The position numbers and the translations under genes are program-made. DNA of 64,000 nt, taken from contig NW_027192226.1 of assembly GCF_041956535.1 (NCBI RefSeq), positions 1-64,000 on the forward strand, given 5' to 3'. Each line of letters opens with the position of its first letter. Position 1 is the stretch's first letter. Shown piece after piece: positions 1 to 12,675 of the stretch. A model generated the notes under the pieces. That model worked only from the letters and a program-made list of their open reading frames with translations, ran no database searches and was not told where the DNA came from. Source of the stretch: Calcarisporiella thermophila CBS 279.70. Taxonomy: Eukaryota; Fungi; Calcarisporiellomycota.

Positions 1-191
1 CGAAGTTTTTGGCGTCAACAGTGAGAAATAGGCCAGCTGTGAGAAAATAAAGAATACTTTCCTATTTTTCCGGCTGTGGCCAGATATCAAAATAGTATTT
101 ATAAACCACCTAGAGTTCCGATAAAGGCGTATCCTCTCTTTTTTCCACCTTTTTTTCTTCAAAATATTGATAAATTTCAGTAATCTTTGTC

Positions 192-1407
192 ATGAATAGT
201 GACGAGATTTCTAAGATTTGGAAAAGAATCACGCAATTGTTAAATTTTTCGATAACCTAGTGCAGAGCTCAACGCCAGATACTCTTTCTGCATTGAATTC
301 ATTATTCAAAGGATATGAAGTTTTACTGGCCGAAAGGAACGACAGCCTGGTCGACCAAGGTTTTCAGGCTTTTAGAAGCGGAAACTATTCTGTGGGAGAA
401 GGAATCTCTAACCCAAGGCAAGGCACTGGACCTAAGCTAAATTGGAAAAGTGAACCAGTGCAGATAATTTAGCAGAAATGTACTGTTAACCTATTTTCTC
501 TCCATTTTGTTTCTATTCACTACTATTTTAGGATGAGAAAGATAAAGAAAATTGTATCGAGAAACCAAAGTTTCAATTTAAGAAAACCTATATCAACATA
601 GGCGAACATTTGGGTTTATCGTCAGATCATGTAAGGGTATACCGTATAAGTTGACATTCTAATATTGGGTAGGATGAGTTCATTGGAATGCAGCGGCAAA
701 CAAACATATTGACGTTATATCTAAACTCTTTCTAAGGAATTTAATTCGCGAGATGGAATCAATTTGGATGACCAATATGGTTCCCAAGGTCCTCAAAAGG
801 TCACAAAATTAGTGAGGATGGTATTTGGCCTAGCCGGTTGTAGTTTATAACTTATGGTGATACTTATCTATTGTCATTCCCTTCATTATTCCACTTAGTT
901 CAAAAAAGAGTTCAAAGATTTCCCTCATTCTAGAGGAGACTGGGCAATTCGCGAATGGATCAAACAATTATCCATAATAGGCGTAAATTATAATACACAT
1001 ATAGTATATCTTGATGTTGAATTTAATAGAGCATATTGCTTGTAATAGGGTCATACCAAACGGAAAAAGATAAATATAAACACATATTTTCCGTGGAATT
1101 AAGCAATGATGCCGAGCACTCAATTTCAAGGAGTACATTAGAGAGTGACAGTGATAAAAGAGATGAAGATGGAGACACGCAAATGCAACCTCTTAGCTCG
1201 AACAAAGAGATAAAGAATGGTTCTTATAGTATTGCAATTGAATATCTATGTGGGCAACTAATGGGCTTCTCACTCAATTTATTATTTTATGTTCTAGCTC
1301 GAAAATCTGCTAGAGACGCTTTAAACAAGCAACAGTATATTCCAAGAAGAAAGCAATACGAATTACGAGTAACGAGGCAGAGGCAAGAGAGAAGAATCGA
1401 TAATTAA
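192..1407 (+). pseudogene. Decayed multi-exon gene of unknown function, possibly TE-associated
   Basis: Protein-like fragments (LEKNHAIVKFFDNL.., CIEKPKFQFKKTYINIGEHLGL, RDGINLDDQYGSQGPQKVTKL, DFPHSRGDWAIREWIKQ) are separated by GT..AG segments. Frameshifts prevent joining them into one open frame. Confidence 0.35.
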
Positions 1408-2837
1408 TAGACGCTTCAATCCACTAATTTCATCTCTTGTGAACAGGAGACAGCAAAAGAAATGAAATAGCAGAACCACTACTACTACCAGACAGGGGAT
1501 TAGAAAGAAGAGAGGACAACGCTGTAAGAAACGCTAGTAGAACAGTATTAATAAAATTTACAATATTGCTTTACCATACTTTCAGATTAATCTGAAATCA
1601 TTTCAATATCCCCTGATAAAAGTATTCCCAAAAGGGTAATTCGAATCATTGGCACTGGAAAATAGATATAAGGAATGTTGCAAATTTCCGTATCCCTCCC
1701 TAGCCATAATTTTCAACCAAATTTCCACAAATTTTTCGGACAATTTTCTACATGCACAATCTTTGTAGGGATTGTCATATTATTCTGTTTACATTTACAG
1801 TAAGCTTGAATAGGATATCATTTTTTACAGGATATTTTCATTAAAGCGATTTTTTTCAACCTTTAAAATCTCTACTATTACAATTTTGTCTTCAAATTGT
1901 CTTCTGTTGACCATAAGCAAACTAACTGCAGTATTTTATTAATCAACGTAGGTGGCGTATTGCGTGGTGTATTAATTTTACATATGTTAGTTTTAGCTCT
2001 TCTTAATCTCTATGCATAAGTGGCTACGTCATCTTTTATTTGATATATATATGTATTCCTGAGATTATAATAAATCTTTCGGAGTTAAATCTTTCTATGC
2101 AGATATTATGCATTTGATGGTCACGCTATGCCTACTCTACCTCTAGCTATTCTAAAGAAGACAAAATGAATGCAACTCAAACGCTAAGAGAGCATATATT
2201 TGTTAGATCTAGAAACCTGCATTTGAGGTATTTTTATATTCCATAATTTAACTTCAGTCCAATGTAAGCCACAAGCATAATACATAAAAATGATTCACAT
2301 CAAGAATATTCTTATTCTTGATCTTTTTGCATTTCTATTTTTCCTGCGATTCTGTTATTTATCGATATAACTTTTTTCATTAATCTTAAAAAATCAAGAT
2401 GTGTTGAATATAAATACTCAAAGCTGGTAGTCAGGTTAAAACATATCCCGAAAGTACTTACCTAAGTTGTCAAACGAGTTTTTTTTTCCAAACTGCCCCT
2501 GTTAACTATTCCGAATATCAGCCCTTGGTGATCATATGATTCAAAAGAGTACAAATTTGAAAATCAGTTTAGACTATCGAAAAGACATTATTCCGGAGTA
2601 AATTCATCGGAAATATTAGAAAATTGGCAATATTTTCGCTTCAGTTTCATCCACAAACTGCTTCTCTTCAGGAATATAAGGACTGGGTCTCTATACTTTC
2701 AAAGTAAACTAAAAACCCGACGAATACTATATAAGCACAAAGTCAATAACACGTAAATAGTATAAATATATATGTATTTATGTTGATACGAAAAAATTTA
2801 AATATAATATTCTGCTTAAATTGAACACTCTGGGCAC

Positions 2838-3845
2838 TCAATTCCTCTCTTCTCTCAATTCACTGTTACATTTAAGACAACGTAGTTTGCCGTCAATTGA
2901 GTTTGCAGCCGACTCTTTGACTTTTCTCTTGTCTGAGCGACGGGGTATCCAACGGCAAGTCTCATTCGTGCATACCATTTGTGTATACATATATCTATCG
3001 AAGGGTAAACAAAAAAAAATATTAGATCACCAAGAGAAGAAGATAATTAGAGAAATAAATATGATCAGATCAGATTATACTTACGCAATTCCATCCTTAT
3101 TACACAACCTGACTGTTTCATTCCATCCTCTTCGGGTTGGCAATGCATCCAATGACACTCGACAACTTCCACATCTCCCGCCCCCCTCTCCTAGCACTGT
3201 ACGTTTTCGCCCACGCTTGCACGGCCATTTGAGTGCTTCTTCAATTTCAAAATTTGCCATTTCAATAAATTCTCTCTTTGTCCCATCCGATGACCTCTTC
3301 CCTATCCCCTTTCTCGAAAATTCCAATAACGGATCTTGCCGTTCTTCAGTCTCTTCAGATGTCCTTTTAAATCCATTATAACCCATAAATACTTCCACTT
3401 TATCTTCCAGCGCCTCGTCAAAATGATAATATTCTAAGGCAGTGGGACATAAGTTTTTTCGCTCTAATTCATTAAAATACACTGGACTATTGGGGGGTGT
3501 GAACTCATTAGAGAACCCGTGATACAACTCCTTCCATTTTCTTTTAGGTGCATAGGTAACGATGCTAAATCCTTCGCCTTTCGCCACTCTCCTCTTATCT
3601 TTCCATGATCCACTTTGAACACTTAAAGGTAAACCATGCGAGGAATTCTGCAGAGCTTTTGGGCGCATTCCTCTAGTTTGTAATTCACAATTACATGGAG
3701 TATAATGATATGTTGTAGTACCAATGCCAGAAGGAGTCAGCTCGGGCTGCAAAGATGATATCTGTGGCTGCATAGGCTGTTGGTCAGTGGAAGATTTGTT
3801 TGAATGAGGTTGAATGATAGGGCGGCGTTCAACCGAGTCAACCAT
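2838..3845 (-). CDS. Ash1-type GATA-like zinc-finger transcription factor, 305 aa, 2 exons (3845-3085, 2994-2838)
   Basis: Removing intron 2995-3084 (GTAAGT..TAG) gives RCGSC-x19-LCNKDGIAYMYTQMVCTNETCRWIP..LRCLKC. This is a GATA-like finger followed by the C-x4-C..IP..C-x2-C extension recalled from yeast Ash1. The N-terminus is low complexity and contains TPPNSP. Confidence 0.75.
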
Positions 3846-6800
3846 CTGACCAGCAGAAGGGACTAGTTGAATGGCTAAAGAGCGATGCTACCAATTAAGA
3901 AAATTATAAGTAAAAGGAAAAAATGATAGGTTTTTCAAAATTATGCCATATAATTACCTCAGCCAGAAGATTGGTTTTAATGGTTAGCATTTTATTTTGA
4001 TATGGGCGAAATGGAGCAGAACCATCGACAGAAGCAGGCCTAGAGAAACGAATACAAATAAATGATAAGTTTAACGAGTAAAATCCGATATAATATAAAC
4101 CGTGAACACGACGGCTTGTTATGCGAGTCAACATAAGCTAAGAGCTCAGATATTGGAGGAAGCCGTTTCATGTCCCAAATCAACGATATAATAGAGAGTG
4201 CGACAAAGTAATGATGCAAATGATTGAGAATAACTATTGATTCCGTGCCCCTGATGGGCTAGTTTTAATACAGAAATCGAAGTGAAAAAAAAAAGAGGGA
4301 AAAGGAGAGAGGTATACCGAATAAAAACAAAGGATATATAAATGAAAAAAAAAGTGAGGGAAAAGGGCGAGCTGCGAAATCCGGTATCAAAATTGTCGGT
4401 GTGGAGAGAGCCAAAACTAGCAAACTTTATTTTTAAGTTTAGAATACCAGAGTAGTCACGAATTTTCTGGGTAAAATAGCTTTTTGCATTGCAAGTACCC
4501 TGTAAAATTTTTGTAGAATTCCGAGTGCTTTTTTTATTGCGCCTATCGTCCCTTCAACCCTTGAAGTATATCGGTAATGCTAACAAAAAATTAAACTTCA
4601 AAAATCACTAAGTTTCGTAGTCAATAACGATATCCAAAAATCAGTTCCTTGATAATAAGCGGTAAAATATAATCGTTATTAATGTGCTATCGATTATATC
4701 GAACTTGGATATACTTCACTCCGCCTCAGTAAATCCGTTATAATTTAACAACCTTATTGTCAAAATTCGGATTGTTTTTATTTTTCAAATAAACGAGCTT
4801 ATGCACTTTCAACGTTAGCCATAAGTTAATGTTCATGTAGCCGATACCTAAAAAGATATGAGATTGTATATCCTAACCTGCTCAAGATCGGCTAGTTGCA
4901 GGCCTCCTGGATCTTCATTTTATGGTTGCTGCAAAATAGGTTATAATTTAAAAGTATACTTTGCTCTTTTCCAAAATAAAAATTAAGTCTTGCTCGCTCT
5001 TCAAATCAAGAATTAAAAGCTAGCACATGTCTGTCTCACTGGCACCTTCATAATTAAGTTTCACCGTGGCCGAAACTGAAGAAATTTTGAAGAGAGTATA
5101 GCTTCTAAATATTCTATAATATTGTAACGCCTTTATAGTTAAACTTAGATTGTCTGATCGGGTTGATCATGAAAAGCCTCTTCCGACTAGGAATAGAAGA
5201 AAGCAACCAATGAGATTTATGATAAAGTGTTTAACTTGAAATGTGGAACGGCGCAGGACAATGTTATGGTCGGATGATAGTGAATTTACACTATTATTGT
5301 AAACGCCAAAGTGAGCCACTTCTATATTGCATCTTATTAAGCCCTATAATCGAACAAATATGACAAAATGTTAGTTGTCTGAGGATGTTTTAATAAGACA
5401 GCTTTTTATTTAAGAAGAGAAGAATGAACTAGAATATTTAAAAAATTACCCTATGATGAATTTCATAGTTACTTGGATGCTCCACGAAGTTGCTTAAATA
5501 TATAATCCTCAGTTTCATTAAGCCATTTAGTAAAAAATGACTATAGCTCCTGAAAATTGCAAGGTTGAGTATTTAAAAAATTTGCAGTATGTGCCTCCAT
5601 AAATTACTCGGCATACGCTTAAAAGTTTCCAGAGCATTGGAAAGTTACAAATATAAATCCTTGTAAAACGTGGACCCAAAATCCAGTTTCTCCCCTAATA
5701 CTTAATGTGGCTGGCTTACAACTTCTCAATTTTTCTCCCACGGATGCTTTACGCGACTTATGTGTTAAATTCAACAGCTACGTATCTGTTTGATGGTTAG
5801 ATTTTTTTTGCTTTTAAATTAGCGATGGCTCTTTCCCATTCGTTCTTAGTATTAAAAAGGGAATTTCTTCAAAAAAAAGTTTCTTTTGTTAAAAACATTG
5901 CTATCTAACAAGCCATTGCGACCAAATTTAGCCACAACTTAATGCTATCCCTAAAATAATTGCAAATCTCATTGGTTTGCCATAGTTAATTGAGGAATTA
6001 GGGTATATTGATTGATTACTATCCGTATTGGCCCGAAAAGTAAATTTATATCGAAAATAATTTCAAGGAAAAGAAATTGTAAGTTCCAAAGACATACGAA
6101 CATAAAATGAATCCCAAAATATTTAAAAATGAGTATAACAATAAAATCGAATTATCTGTCTTTGCGGTGATAAATATGAATCTGGCTACATACTGTCCGC
6201 CCACTTGAAACTCTGAGCCGTATGTATTCCAAATTGCTAGGTACGAAATAGCAGTTGCAAACTTGGCAGTAGTAACATCTCTTGAACAATATACCAAAAT
6301 TTTGAATGTAAATGAAATGGCATTCATTAGAGTTCACAAAAAATTGTCTTGCTCTGCAATTATAAAATAAGAAAGCGTGTTTACCAGAATCCACAGCTGA
6401 TGCAGATCCCACTAGGCCAAATCCTCGACATTCACATGCTGAAAATTCAATATCAGAATTCTCATAGTTGGGTCGAAGTGCTTGCAATGGACTATGAGCA
6501 GTTCGAAAGTATATTAGATGTATCGGGATATTTCTGAAGAACTATCTTGGGGCTCTTTTGCCCTTTCCTCTTCCCGTATATTTCAGTATTCACCTTCTTC
6601 GTATTCAGCCTTGAGAAAAGTTGGGTGCTTAATAAAGCATTTTTTGCTAACCTGTGATAAATTATTCATCATTCTCACTAAAAAAAAAGAAAGAGCTAGA
6701 TTGAATCGTGTTTTATAAAGCCAGCTATAGCTCAATAAGTGATATTATTTTCACTATCGATCAATAGGACTATTGAATACTTGAGGATCAGGTACCTACA

Positions 6801-7745
6801 TAAGCTGTAACAGTCGCTTCAAAAGTTTAATATAAGCTATTAAGTATACAACAGAGGATCACAAAGAGGAGAGTTTTTCTGGTTTAAACTTAGTGCAAAA
6901 AATAAATCAGTAATCAAAGTAGAAATACTAATTTGATAAACCCTGATTAACCCAAATAATAAGGATATTTCTAGAAGATAATATATGCATGTTAATTTGA
7001 AGTTTTAACACAAGAAGTTCTCGGATTATAAGACTTGATTTTCTTTTCAATTCATTTGAATGCTAAATACATTATCATGGATTCATTCAATATGATAAAG
7101 CTAATTCTTAATACATTTTATTGCTATCAACAAGGATTCATCACCATCTTACCAGATTTTGTCAATTGGATATGTGCATTTTCAGATGGCAAAGTTAATG
7201 AATTGAATTGCTCTCAGCTTAATATTCACTTTTAGTTTTCTTGTATAATATAACTTAAATAGCTTTACTAATATTTGTAACATCTTAAATTTGGACCTCC
7301 AACTATTCTAAAAGAATTCGCCTATAAAAATAAATGGCTTTCTTTAAGGAAGCGATTTGAGTTGAGTTTAGATAAAGTTAAAATTTGCTTTTTTACACTG
7401 AGCTGAGTTTTCATATTCAATTAAACTATTAGCGCAGTTAATATTTAGTAGTACTAAAGCCAGTCAATTAGAGATACAAGTTATTCGTAGAATATAAAGA
7501 TTTATTTGAAATGTACGATCCAACCGTCATGTACTAAGAACTTACTAAGCTTGAACGTTTAAAAGAATCTTAGAAAAGCCTCAATTTATTAGAGTTCATA
7601 TTAATAACAAATAAATCATTTTTATTGAAATAAAGCGGACCTTATGAGAAGTGATTTCCCTCTGTATAATAGTGCGGTAGATTCACAATATTCTTCTACC
7701 AAATTCTGTAACTGAATTTACTTTGGGGTTTCGTATATTTGTGAG

Positions 7746-8261
7746 ATGCATACTTCAATTCTAGGTTTATTTGTGTTCTATGTTTTGGCATTTGTGTTTC
7801 CATGTATAACCAAGGGAGAATACATAGAAAGCGCACCCATGGACTCTAATGGGTTGAGAGGGTTGTTGCAAGACCTTCACAAAGTCCAATTGGAAAAACG
7901 TGCAGGAGCCATATGTCGCAACATTAGATACCATACAACCAATAATGGACAATGGGGCTCCTATACAGATTGGTACGTTTATGTTACAGATATTCCACCT
8001 GAGTCAAGGTCATCGATATGCGGAAGTTTTGATAAGAAACTATGGGAACTTTCAAGTCAACTTGGGCTCACTAGAGGTAGAATGGACTGCCGAACCGACG
8101 ATAAACAAGCAATGTTATATGTTACTGTAAGAATGCAAAATAGGGATGCTAGCTTTCAAGGTTGGACAATCCAAAAAGCGTTTGCGGATGCAATTGGCCG
8201 CTCTAGTTACACTTGGTGTAGAGGCTATATAGACGATAGCAGTTGCAAATGCAACTGCTAA
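7746..8261 (+). CDS. Small secreted Cys-rich protein (signal peptide, propeptide, Kex2 site), effector/toxin-like
   Basis: Single-exon 171 aa ORF with a hydrophobic N-terminus and LEKR at residues 49-52. The 119 aa mature part has 7 Cys and ends CKCNC. AATAAA lies downstream. Confidence 0.8.
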   Translation: MHTSILGLFVFYVLAFVFPCITKGEYIESAPMDSNGLRGLLQDLHKVQLEKRAGAICRNIRYHTTNNGQWGSYTDWYVYVTDIPPESRSSICGSFDKKLWELSSQLGLTRGRMDCRTDDKQAMLYVTVRMQNRDASFQGWTIQKAFADAIGRSSYTWCRGYIDDSSCKCNC

Positions 8262-8545
8262 GCGAATATGCTCTAGTAGAATCAGCTATGTCTTTTTTGT
8301 AATAAAATGAATTGTTTATTTACCCCTAATAAGCACTTTTCTGCAAGTCAATTTAAAAAAAAAAAGATATTATCAAATTAAAAGAATATTATTAAAGTTA
8401 ATCTGATGTGATTACAAACTATTTTGTATAATTTAATTAAATTTGTAGAGTGATGAAGTTTCGGTTGTTATGAAGCAATTAAGGTATTCAGTGTTGACTT
8501 TATTACTAAAAGTATAACACAATTCTTATGCAACCAAACATCGTA

Positions 8546-9155
8546 TCAAGTATTGCTAGTCTCCATATAATGGTAAAGTCGATTAAGCAATTCTTCTCCA
8601 CAGTTAGCAAATACGCCCACCTCTTGTTTGATACTATCTTTAGATAGAACTTCTTTGATGCCAATTGTTTTCAATAGCTCAACCCAATCCTCAAGTGGAA
8701 GTTCACACACCGAAATGGGTGACCCAGTATAACATTCAACATGCGAATCAAAAGCAAAGGAAGAAAGTGTGTCACAACTCTCAAACCTCGGATTCGCAGA
8801 GGTGAAAGGCATTAGCTTTTCTTGAAGACAGCTCATCGTATTCCACAACCTTTCATGAAATATATCCTTTAATTATGTGTAGTAAATTCTCAGTTGTGAA
8901 TGCTCATGATTACCAATCCTGGCCTTTTGGAGTAAACCTTGTCACGTTCTTTTTAAATTTTTCACAGTATTTGTAACCATATCCAAGCGGATAACCATCC
9001 TTGTCGCATTTATATTTACTTTCTAGACATTGATAAAAGGAGCAGTTATGGGGTACAGATTCGCATGTGGCTGTGTTATTGATTACGGTGGATGTTGCTG
9101 AAGTTAGGAAGAAGAGCAGGAATATAATGAGCCCACTGAAATGTAAGAAACTCAT
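8546..9155 (-). CDS. Secreted stanniocalcin-like Cys-rich protein, 2 exons (9155-8914, 8849-8546)
   Basis: Signal peptide MSFLHFSGLIIFLLFF. Intron 8850-8913 joins the exons in frame. Pattern C..Y.CLE..YKC...GYPLGYGYKYC..F ... W..TMSCLQ..L ... SC..L...AFDSHVECY...VC.L matches the stanniocalcin-like family as recalled. Confidence 0.8.
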
Positions 9156-10299
9156 TGAATATACTAAAAGGCTATATATAATAAAGAAAATGAAATGGAG
9201 AATGGAAATTCGCCAGAACACACTAACTCAATGCTAATATGCTTCAAATTATAATGTAAATGAGATGAAGTTTGATAAGACTAGTTAGCCACTCTCTAAC
9301 CCGATAATTAAGCTATGAGAAAAGCATGCTTGCAGTTTATATAGGATGTCAATAATTTGACATTATATAAACATAATTGAATAGCTCATGATTTCGCCCA
9401 ATTTAGTATAAATAGTGCAAATTAATATCGTAGCATTTCCAATTGCTAGAAAGAGTAAAAATAATCTATGATGACACTTTTTTTAGGAAAATTACAACTT
9501 AGTAGTCCCTTCCTTGTGATAATATTCGTTACCTATAGCTTGGCTTCGATCGCGGAGTATTTTTCCCAATAGAGAGGTAAGTGTAACTATATTCGTTATT
9601 TAACAGTCGACATTCTGGTTCACAAAATCCATTGGATAAAAAAAAGTAATGATTTGATAGGTTAGACGGACGAAAAAAATTAAATTAACAAACTGCCTAT
9701 GAGTGTAAATTACTAAAATTGCATATTGACAACATGGTCTGTAGTTCTAGTTAATATAATAGCATCGTGAATTATATATATCTAATTTTTGCTGACGCAG
9801 GCGTCGGATATGTCGGATGGGCCAGCAACTATGTTAATACATTATATTTTCCATTATCAACTCTGAGGCTCAGCGTCGCACTGTGCTAAAAAGCATCTTA
9901 TATATAGCTCATCATCATACATTGTATATTGTATATTGTGTATTGAATATAAAACATTGATTCCCTCAATCACTTTTGTAAAATTATTTGGCTGATCCCA
10001 AGTCTATATCAAATGTCGAAAATGCCTGTGTGATATTAGAATTGACCAATCTAAAGTGTTAAGAGAGTTCTGATAAGTTTGTGAGTGTCCAATCGAAAGG
10101 CCGAGCAGCAAGACTCAAAGAGAGCATATGGGATCCACGATGCATGTGAATCAACATTGAAAAAACACTGAAAGCAGGCAGAGCGAGTAGCTCTATCTGT
10201 CTAATGGTTAAAGTGCGACGAAAGTTCGCGACAATTTGAGGCTCGAGTACCTGCCGGAAGACATCTACTAAAGTTTAATAACGCATGACACATATACAG

Positions 10300-11830
10300 T
10301 AACATATTGCCGAAGGTGGATACGCGAAGTATTAAACAGGGGTATTGGATAGATCTCATAAAGATTCTTCGAGTCAGCTACTATATCCTCCTCTCCCCCG
10401 ATACCCTAAGACAGAAAAAGGTTGGCCGAAGAGGTGCGCTCATTAGCAAAATGAACACTCGAACAGATTTCACTAGAAATGTCCGGCGCGTACTCCAACC
10501 TATTTGTGATTCCAAAGCGGTTTAGAAAGTCGAGACTAGCCATAAACTTTCGACAGTCCATACACTCAGTAAGAAGGGGAAATTTCGAGATGAAGATGCC
10601 TCACTTGACACTTACAATGATTCATAAGAGCGATCGGCTGACATCACTGTACCCGATGGGATTTTTCTTTCACGTTCTGATTCACTCAGCTCCCAGGAAT
10701 TATATTTAATTCCTATGGGAAAGCAAGAAATACTAACTATTAAACACTCCCGATTGGACTTATGATTCCTCTCAGAATCTTAATAACGACCCTAAAGATT
10801 TATGAGAAGGTTTTCCAGTACTTCCTCAGATTCCAATCAAGATCGCTACGACCGACGCGTCAAAGAGTGAATGGAGTGCAAAATTTGGGTCTCATATCGT
10901 AGGAGGTCAATGGTCACAAACAGAGAGCCAATATCACGTCAACTGGAAGGAGTTCAAGATATTAGAGCTGTGTCTATACTTCCCAGCTCTGATAAATACA
11001 ACCCTCTTTAATCAGACGGACAACACAACATCGCTGGCATACATTTACAGGTTCGGGGGAACGTGGTCATCTCGTCTCAATGTGTTGGCGAATAAAACCG
11101 AAACTTAGATAAAGATAAATCTAACGATGGTAACCATTTATTTGCCGTCAACTCCATGGTTCACTCGTTGCTGCAGATGAAACTGGAGGATCTGATCAGT
11201 ATACTGATGAAGGCAATGGACCTAGAGTCAACACAAACGAAGCATCCGCTATAAACCAAATGGTGATATTTGGTCTTTTGGCGCATATCACAAAGGAGCT
11301 GCGTGAAAAGGGTATACCTCTATATAAGCAGTAATCGCTGTCACACAGCAACGAGAGACCAGGAAAGCAACGTAATTATTCCTCAATGCTGAAGTAGTGG
11401 ATCGCACCCTGCGAAGCAAACAATGCATCACCATTCTTAGTTCTAGCAGCTGCAATGGCAGATTTTTTGGCGGAGCAAAAGGCAGTGAGATAATAGCTTA
11501 ACCTTTCAGCAACCAGAGAAAATCAATCAGGTTGAACCACTAGTCCAAACTCAATAGTCGCTGAATTCCGCTGGAAAGCATATGGAGCAGTAACCCTTAT
11601 CAATCTTGCCGAAAACTCGGTAGACATCTCCACAGTAATAATTTTTTTAAAATTTCGAAATCGACACTTGATTTACGCCCCCTAATTTATAAACTCACTT
11701 TGCCATTCTCAGTGGTCACCTTCTCACGAGTCTCAGATTTAGATCGCACTATTCTCAGTCAATTGTCATTAAGGATGGGGCGTTGGAAGGAATTATCAAT
11801 TGCCCGACGGAAACGAGATATAACCGAATG
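10300..11830 (+). mobile_element. Degenerate DIRS-type retrotransposon relic (RT N-terminus, RNase H and YR fragments); boundaries approximate
   Basis: RT start YSNLFVIPKR..RLAINFR..NFEMK at ~10490-10700. RNase H motifs TTDAS..W....GQWS..E...HVNWKE..QTDNTTSLAYI.RFGGT at ~10848-11090. YR-like TFSRVSDLDR at ~11720-11750. Many stops and deletions; the RT core is missing. Confidence 0.8.
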
Positions 11831-12207
11831 CAGAGGTGACTTTTGGATATCTATAGTAAAACCATTATATTGGTAAAGAAAATAAGGTCCTTTTATAATA
11901 ACATAATAAAGAAGACCAATCCTATACCTGATCCTCACTTATAATAATATAAATATTGAAAATAGGAACAGGGTCATAAAACAATTTGCTTCTATTGAAA
12001 TGAACAGTTAAATCTGATTTTATATATAACAAGCTGGGCATTAATTTAATTCACATATTTAACTATCACAATTATCAGGTATTTTCTAGGAACAAATAAA
12101 CATCGTGACAATAAACTATTCCACTTCCACCGATATCCAGGTCCTTTTGTGAGCTTGGTAGGGTGCTTTATTGAGTATCGTAGCCCGATGACAAGATTAA
12201 AGAAAAT

Positions 12208-12629
12208 NNNNNNNNNNNNNNNNNNNNNNNNNNNNNNNNNNNNNNNNNNNNNNNNNNNNNNNNNNNNNNNNNNNNNNNNNNNNNNNNNNNNNNNNNNNNN
12301 NNNNNNNNNNNNNNNNNNNNNNNNNNNNNNNNNNNNNNNNNNNNNNNNNNNNNNNNNNNNNNNNNNNNNNNNNNNNNNNNNNNNNNNNNNNNNNNNNNNN
12401 NNNNNNNNNNNNNNNNNNNNNNNNNNNNNNNNNNNNNNNNNNNNNNNNNNNNNNNNNNNNNNNNNNNNNNNNNNNNNNNNNNNNNNNNNNNNNNNNNNNN
12501 NNNNNNNNNNNNNNNNNNNNNNNNNNNNNNNNNNNNNNNNNNNNNNNNNNNNNNNNNNNNNNNNNNNNNNNNNNNNNNNNNNNNNNNNNNNNNNNNNNNN
12601 NNNNNNNNNNNNNNNNNNNNNNNNNNNNN
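12208..12629. other. Assembly gap (N run)
   Basis: Run of N. Confidence 1.
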
Positions 12630-12675
12630 AAGAAAATTTGCTGAAATAACTTTGGTTATTTCAGCAAATTTTCTT
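12630..12675. repeat. Perfect 21-bp inverted repeat (hairpin with 4-nt loop)
   Basis: aagaaaatttgctgaaataac-tttg-gttatttcagcaaattttctt. Confidence 0.95.

Noticed and set aside
2821-3381. 186-aa plus-strand ORF and similar antisense ORFs over the reductase, DIRS, LETM1, DnaJ and SCC3 genes
   Set aside because: They are shadows of well-supported genes on the opposite strand and have no motifs of their own.
6046-6672. Overlapping short minus-strand ORFs, one Cys-rich and one hydrophobic
   Set aside because: They are interrupted by stops and carry no recognisable motif. They may be a pseudogene but cannot be assigned.
10186-10265. tRNA-like look (gtctaatggttaaag ... ggctcgagtacc)
   Set aside because: I could not fold a convincing acceptor or anticodon stem. 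At best it is a decayed relic; tRNAscan-SE would settle it.
12149-12649. ORFs spanning N runs (also 37654-38151)
   Set aside because: Artefacts of translating through assembly gaps.
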